From the NCBI GenBank assembly GCA_009377665.1, contig WHTO01000001.1, positions 1-60,454 on the forward strand: a stretch of DNA of 60,454 nucleotides, written 5' to 3'. The stretch comes from Dehalococcoidia bacterium (GTDB lineage Bacteria; Chloroflexota; Dehalococcoidia; WHTO01). The notes below the pieces were generated by a model. That model was not told the DNA's origin, searched no databases, and saw nothing but the letters and a program-made list of their open reading frames with translations. This document shows, piece by piece, positions 55,565-60,454 of this stretch. Every line of letters begins with the position of its first letter. Positions within the stretch are counted from its first letter, which is position 1. The position numbers were made by a program, and so were the translations under genes.

Positions 55565-56992
55565 TCATTTATCGACCATCGGACGCCTCACGGCCTGGGA
55601 TCGAGCCGCCGCGCCGGCCGGTTGCGCCCCCGAGCGTCCCGCTGCGGCATCCTGGGCGGGCGCGCTGTAGTACCCGTCGTAGTAGTACCCTTCGCGCCTC
55701 CCCGTGACGCGGTTGAGGACGGCACCCAGGATGCGAGCGCCCGCCCGGTCAAGTGTCGCCCGGGCGCGCCGCACCGCTTCGTGCCGCGTCTTGCCGGCAT
55801 CGACGACGAGTATCACGCCGTCGGTCTGGGCAGCCAGGATCGCCGCGTCCGCCACGCTCAGAAGCGGCGGGCTGTCGAGTAGCACCATCGCACCCGTCGC
55901 GGTCAGCTCGTCGAGGAGTCTGCCCATCCGCGGACTGCCCAGGAGCTCCGCCGGGTTGGGCGGTAGGAGCCCCGCCGGCAGGAACGTAATACCCTCGACC
56001 TCGGTCGCTCTCAAGAAGCGAGTGATACCGCCTTCACCCAGCAGCAGCTGATTCGTCAAACCCTGCCTGTTCGGCTGCGAGAAGAGCAGATGCAAGGATG
56101 GGCGGCGCAGATCGGAGTCCACGACGATAACGCGCCGCCCGGTCTGCGCGATCGCCACGGCGAGGTTGGCGCAGGTGGTTGTCTTGCCTTCACCGGGGTG
56201 CGCGCTCGTAACCAGCAACGACTTCACCTGAAGGTCCATCGAGGCGAACTGGAGGTTGGTCCGCATCACACGGAAAGTTTCGGCCAGCGCCGAATGAGGC
56301 CACTCCTCGGTGACGGGGGCACGACCGCGGTTGCGGGGCTGCCGGAAGCGAGGCACCAACGCCAGGGTGGTGGCCCCGGCGCGCTCCTCGACGTCCTCGG
56401 GGCGCTTCACCGTGTCGTCCAGGTATTCGAGGACGGCGACCAGCCCGGCGGCCAGCAGGAGGCCCAACACGACCGCGATGACGGTGTTCAGCGTCGTCCG
56501 CGGTTCGACGGGGTCGTCCGGTATCCGCGCCTCCTCGGCAATCGACACTGTGCCGGGACGACCCAGCTCCTCCGCATTCTGAGTGATGAACGCCGAAGCC
56601 AGCGTGTTGGCGATGTCGGCGGCGAGCGCGGGGTCCTCGTCGCGGACGGAGGCGCGAAGCAGCTGGGTGTCCTGCACGGTGCTGACGCTTACGCGATCCT
56701 GGAGGTCATCGATTGACATCTCAAGATCGAGGCGATCGATGACTGTCTGCAGGACCGGCCGCTGCCGGATCAGCTCGGCGTAGGTGTTAGTCAGGCGTTC
56801 GCTTGTCAGGATGTCGTTGTACTGGATTGGTCCTTCCGACTGGACCTGGTTGACCAGCAGCGTCGACGACGCCGAATAGACGGGGGTAAGCAAACCGCTG
56901 ACAACGAACGCGCAAACGCCTGCGATGAGCGGGCCCAGGAGGATCATCCACCAGCGCCGGGCGAGCACCGAGAAATAGCGCCTCAACTCCAT
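55565..56992 (-). CDS. polysaccharide co-polymerase (Wzz domain) fused to a BY tyrosine autokinase
   Basis: It has an N-terminal TM helix and Wzz region. Kinase motifs are Walker A (SAHPGEGKTTTCANLA), A' (VIVVDSDLRRP) and B (VLLDSPPL). The C-terminal Tyr cluster is GYYYDGYY. Confidence 0.88.
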   Translation of the reverse strand: MELRRYFSVLARRWWMILLGPLIAGVCAFVVSGLLTPVYSASSTLLVNQVQSEGPIQYNDILTSERLTNTYAELIRQRPVLQTVIDRLDLEMSIDDLQDRVSVSTVQDTQLLRASVRDEDPALAADIANTLASAFITQNAEELGRPGTVSIAEEARIPDDPVEPRTTLNTVIAVVLGLLLAAGLVAVLEYLDDTVKRPEDVEERAGATTLALVPRFRQPRNRGRAPVTEEWPHSALAETFRVMRTNLQFASMDLQVKSLLVTSAHPGEGKTTTCANLAVAIAQTGRRVIVVDSDLRRPSLHLLFSQPNRQGLTNQLLLGEGGITRFLRATEVEGITFLPAGLLPPNPAELLGSPRMGRLLDELTATGAMVLLDSPPLLSVADAAILAAQTDGVILVVDAGKTRHEAVRRARATLDRAGARILGAVLNRVTGRREGYYYDGYYSAPAQDAAAGRSGAQPAGAAARSQAVRRPMVDK

Positions 56993-57531
56993 AGGCTGGT
57001 GCGACCTCCATCGAGCGCCGGGCGTCCAAGGTCAACCGGCCCGGTCTTTTGGCGCAGGCGATCACTGAACTCCACCAGCGCCGCCAGCTGACGGTCGGTT
57101 GGCGCTACGATGCCCGTGGCCTGCTGCACGAGCCCGTGCGCCATCGAGAGCGGATACCCCATGCGCAGCAGGACGGCGCACGCCATCACCACGCTTCGTC
57201 CCTGGCCGCCTCGGCAGTGGATCAACACCGGGACTCCACGCTCGACTCGGGTCTGTACCCAGCTCGTCCCACCCTCAAGCTGCTCGATGGTCGGCGCCCC
57301 ACGATCTGGGACCGGCAGGTGCAACAGCTGCAGTCCAGCCTCTGCGAGACGGCTGGCGTCGTGGTTCTCCGTAGCCCTGAGATCGACGACGGCGGCGATG
57401 CCCTCGGCCGCCAGCCGCCGGGCCGAAGAGGTTTCGAAAGCCGGACCAACGGCGAGGTACGGCGTCACCCACCTGATAGGGACTCCTCTGCGAGGCAAGA
57501 GGCGGCGCAAGATCGCGCTCAGGGGCGGCAC
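56983..57531 (-). CDS. dual-specificity/PTP-fold phosphatase (CX5R)
   Basis: The active-site loop is VLIHCRGGQGRS (HCxxGxxRS). The gene is 182 aa and overlaps the kinase start. Confidence 0.75.
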   Translation of the reverse strand: MPPLSAILRRLLPRRGVPIRWVTPYLAVGPAFETSSARRLAAEGIAAVVDLRATENHDASRLAEAGLQLLHLPVPDRGAPTIEQLEGGTSWVQTRVERGVPVLIHCRGGQGRSVVMACAVLLRMGYPLSMAHGLVQQATGIVAPTDRQLAALVEFSDRLRQKTGPVDLGRPALDGGRTSLWS

Positions 57532-57704
57532 GACAGGTCTTCCTTGGAGGTGGCGCGCGGCTCAAACCGGGGACGCGAAGCGAGCGCGGCGCCCGCGGGC
57601 GGCGCGTGAAGGGCCCTGGCGGCAGTTGACCTCTGCAGGCTGGTTGGCCTTGCCCGGTCTGACGGTATGAGAGTACCTCTCAGTCTTACTGAGCCAGGAT
57701 TCTT

Positions 57705-57734
57705 ATGTAACCATAGTGCAACGTTGATTGTCAA
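57705..57734 (-). promoter_or_regulatory. candidate internal promoter of the polysaccharide locus
   Basis: The minus strand reads TTGACA, 18 nt, then TTACAT, in the only sizeable, AT-richer gap of the cluster (57532-57737). Confidence 0.25.
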
Positions 57735-57737
57735 ACC

Positions 57738-58172
57738 TCAACGCAGGGCTGTGCTTAGATCCACGCGATCGCCGGCGGACACCCCCACCCGCTCGAACCA
57801 CCCACGCGCCACCTCCAGCGCGTACCGGCTGCCGGCCGGCCCGTGACGTACTTCGAGCGAATAAGGCTCAAGATCGACCAGGTCCAGGATGACCCCGTCC
57901 GCGGAGAGGAAGGCCGCGCTCAGCGCTATGCCCGTATCACGCATCCAGAGCGCGGGGCGGCCCTCCTCGGGAAAGACCATCAGCAAGCCTTCGTCGTCGG
58001 CAATCGCTTCTCTGCCCGACAATCCCTCGGCGAGCTCGTCGTCGCCCTCTGCAACCTCGACGTGGAGCTCGATTGCCCCGGCGTCCGCTTCCACAGTGAC
58101 CGTCGAGCCATCGTCAGAATCGCAGCCATTGAGGAGCACCAGGACGACCGCGATGCTCGTCACAGCCCTCAC
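57738..58172 (-). CDS. DUF192-domain lipoprotein
   Basis: The lipobox is VVLVLLNGCDS. It contains LMVFPEEGRPALWMRDTGIALSAAFL...YALEVARGWF, typical of DUF192. Confidence 0.7.
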   Translation of the reverse strand: MRAVTSIAVVLVLLNGCDSDDGSTVTVEADAGAIELHVEVAEGDDELAEGLSGREAIADDEGLLMVFPEEGRPALWMRDTGIALSAAFLSADGVILDLVDLEPYSLEVRHGPAGSRYALEVARGWFERVGVSAGDRVDLSTALR

Positions 58173-60259
58173 TATGGCAATCGATAGCTGATTTCGATCA
58201 CGCGGTCGACCGAAAGGTCGGTCTCTAATGTCACGCCGCGGGTTTCGGCGATCTGACCATCAACAGTTGCGTACTCCAACACGGCTCCTTCCGGCAAGAC
58301 CAGACTGACGCTTACTGGCGCCCCGGCGGTACCCGCCTGCTTCTGCATCACGAGCCGGTAGTGAAAGAGTCCGCCGGCTTGTTCGACCAGGTTCGGCGTG
58401 TCGTAGGCGAAGCTCACCCGGCGTTCAGCGCCCGGCGACACAGTGAAGTAGCGTCCGAACGAGAGCAGCCCCATCTCCTGTTCCACGGCCTCGGCGCCCA
58501 CGCCCTGCCCGTCGATAAGGAGGCTATCGAGTGTGCTGCCGAGCGGTGCAAAGAGCCTGAGATAGTCCCCGTAGAGCCCGTCCAGCATGAGGCGTTGCAC
58601 TAGCTCCGGGTCTCGGCCGGCAGCCCACGTGGGGAGCTCGTTGCGATAGGTGACATCGACGACATGGTCCACCGACGTGTCCTCGTTGAATCGAAGCTCC
58701 AGGTCAATCGACTGTTCGACGACCAGGTTGAGCTTGGTGGAGTTCACGCTCGTGTCGGCCAGGAGCAGGAAGTCGTCACGGCCGGGGGCCAGTCCGCCGT
58801 CCCAGCCCAGTTCCTCGATCAGCTCCTGGGTCGCCGGGTCGTGAGAGTACACCTGGATATGCTTCTCGTCGGCCATGCGCTGGAAGAACGCGAGCAGGTC
58901 ATCCCAGCGGTCCCGCGGCGCTTCAAAGATCGCCGGGAAAGCCGCCTCGGCGAGATAAGAGAGGAATACCTTCCTCCCTTCCTCGGGGATCATCTCATCG
59001 CGCGTCAGCTCGAGGCTCATGAGTGTGACCGTGTCGCTGGTGACGGTCACGCCAAATTCGCGTATCTCGATCGGACCGACAAGATCGAGCAGCCCTTCCA
59101 TAAAGAAGAGGTCGATTGCGATGACTCCATCGACCGGTTCGACGCCGCCGAGCTCGGTAAAGAACTCGGCCTGCCGGGCGCTGCGGGGAAAGTCCGGATA
59201 CCATCCCGCTTCGCCCAGCCCCCACGAGGTCGTCCGCAGCAGGTGGTCCCGGAGCGGACGCGGAGGCTCAACATATTGCCCGCCCCCGCTCTGCCAGCGC
59301 GAGAAGAGCACCGCGAAGTCCTCGAAGAGCAGGGGTCCGAGGTCACCCGCCTCGAACTCAGCGACGCCATAGCTGGACATCAGCCCGCCCGATGGGAAAA
59401 GCTCGGTATTGTTCTGGGGAAGGATCAGGTAGCGCTGGGTCCCGCCGTACCCCAGGAGCGCCGGCATCAGGTCGCGCGCGCGGCCGTAATCGACCAGGAT
59501 CCCGTCCACTCTCTCCAGCGCGCGGTCGATGTCGTCCCGGGCGCGGGCAAGGGGCGCCAGCAATCGATTGCCGGCCACGCCCGAGCGCTCGTCCCTGATC
59601 CTGGCCGCGGTTTCCTCCATTTCGGCGAAGGCCGGGCCCGCGCGGTACAGGAACTCGACCAGGCTCTGAAGCGAGTTGCCCTCTCCTGGTGGCTCGCCGA
59701 ACGTGATCAGCACGCCTGCAGCCGACTGGCCGAGGCGTGCGGCCTCCTCGCCTATGCCTGCCAACCGGCGCGAAGCGGTGACCTGGTCGCCCACGAACGG
59801 CAGGTGTTCGGCTGCTCGGGCGAGGGGATCGCCGGCTATCAGATCTCGTGCTGAGCCGAAGCGCCCCTCGGCGCCATCGAGGCTGTCCCGCAGCTCGCCA
59901 GCTCTCGTTGGCGTCATCGCGAGGCGCTCGTCGTCGAGCGCGCTCTCCGCGGCCCTGAGCGTTGCGTGCGCCTGGCGGAGGTCGTTGTAGGCGTTGACGT
60001 ACTGGTAGCCCCGGAACCCGACAAGGATGACCAGGGCCAGGAGCGCCACGCGCAGCAAAAGGCGTCGCCGCCGCCTGCCCAGGAGCCGGCGTTTGCGCCG
60101 GCGGTTGCTGGCGACCGGGCGCGCAGGCCATTCTCTGAGCGGCGTTTCAGGCACTGAACGAGCGTAGGACAAAGCACGGTCCGCGCCGGCAGCGGAGCGG
60201 TGAAGGATCAGCGGCGAACGCCTCCGCGCCCGAAGGACGGGCCCGGACAGGAATTTCAT
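58172..60259 (-). CDS. DUF4012-domain membrane protein
   Basis: 695 aa with an N-terminal TM helix. It contains YLILPQNNTELFPSGGLMSSYG, a motif I associate with DUF4012 proteins of Gram-positive-type EPS loci. Confidence 0.65.
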   Translation of the reverse strand: MKFLSGPVLRARRRSPLILHRSAAGADRALSYARSVPETPLREWPARPVASNRRRKRRLLGRRRRRLLLRVALLALVILVGFRGYQYVNAYNDLRQAHATLRAAESALDDERLAMTPTRAGELRDSLDGAEGRFGSARDLIAGDPLARAAEHLPFVGDQVTASRRLAGIGEEAARLGQSAAGVLITFGEPPGEGNSLQSLVEFLYRAGPAFAEMEETAARIRDERSGVAGNRLLAPLARARDDIDRALERVDGILVDYGRARDLMPALLGYGGTQRYLILPQNNTELFPSGGLMSSYGVAEFEAGDLGPLLFEDFAVLFSRWQSGGGQYVEPPRPLRDHLLRTTSWGLGEAGWYPDFPRSARQAEFFTELGGVEPVDGVIAIDLFFMEGLLDLVGPIEIREFGVTVTSDTVTLMSLELTRDEMIPEEGRKVFLSYLAEAAFPAIFEAPRDRWDDLLAFFQRMADEKHIQVYSHDPATQELIEELGWDGGLAPGRDDFLLLADTSVNSTKLNLVVEQSIDLELRFNEDTSVDHVVDVTYRNELPTWAAGRDPELVQRLMLDGLYGDYLRLFAPLGSTLDSLLIDGQGVGAEAVEQEMGLLSFGRYFTVSPGAERRVSFAYDTPNLVEQAGGLFHYRLVMQKQAGTAGAPVSVSLVLPEGAVLEYATVDGQIAETRGVTLETDLSVDRVIEISYRLP

Positions 60260-60331
60260 CGACCCTGGAATAATCGACGGAACCGTCGCGCGACTCAGCG
60301 CGAGGCTCGTAGAGAAGCGACGACCGGTTGC

Positions 60332-60454
60332 CTACTCCGTGAGCGCGGTCGGAGAAAGGCAGCGCTCGATGGCCGCGATCAGGTCGTCGATGTCGAAGGG
60401 CTTTTCGACGATCTCGCATCCCAGGTCGTCCAGCCATTCGCGATGACGATTAAC
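60332..60454 (-). CDS. C-terminal end of a response-regulator receiver-domain protein (partial, runs off the window)
   Basis: My reverse translation gives VNRHREWLDDLGCEIVEKPFDIDDLIAAIERCLSPTALTE followed by a stop. The KPF...L motif is typical of REC helix 5. Confidence 0.5.
   Translation of the reverse strand, partial: VNRHREWLDDLGCEIVEKPFDIDDLIAAIERCLSPTALTE

Overview
This is a GC-rich bacterial chromosomal window. The gene content looks like Terrabacteria (Chloroflexota or Actinomycetota), but I cannot assign a taxon from sequence alone. It is mostly housekeeping backbone: the 5' part of rpoC, rpoB, etfBA, an EtfD-like membrane Fe-S oxidoreductase, typA, leuS, coaD, rsmD, htrA, greA, lysS, serS, tRNA-Ala(GGC) and tRNA-Ser(UGA). 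Small stress or detoxification genes are interspersed: six VOC/glyoxalase-fold genes, DinB, RidA, a SnoaL-like gene, a PPOX-class gene and two tandem YjbR paralogues. Two accessory regions stand out. (1) A visibly lower-GC islet of about 3 kb (about 19.56-22.50 kb) abuts the 3' end of tRNA-Ala. It carries a 565-587 aa protein with an uncharacterised N-terminal region and a C-terminal HEPN-type Rx4H motif. This is my best candidate for an undescribed single-gene defence or abortive-infection system. A truncated, frameshifted STAND-like ATPase remnant lies on its far side. (2) A co-directional polysaccharide locus of about 15 kb (45.5-60.3 kb, minus strand) has several unusual parts: a Wzx-Wzy fusion protein, a UDP-sulfoquinovose synthase (SqdB/SQD1-type), fcl without gmd, two Zn-ribbon methyltransferases, a BY-kinase paired with a dual-specificity-type phosphatase, DUF192 and DUF4012. 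Other observations: an in-frame TAA splits a GH18-like gene exactly at the catalytic motif. A 1-nt frameshift in a C-run truncates a molybdopterin oxidoreductase. Terminator-containing leaders precede mgtC (possible M-box) and greA. A DUF4097-cyclase-microprotein unit appears translationally coupled. I saw no CRISPR array, rRNA, transposase or integrase. Many long ORFs in the six-frame track are antisense artefacts of the high GC content.
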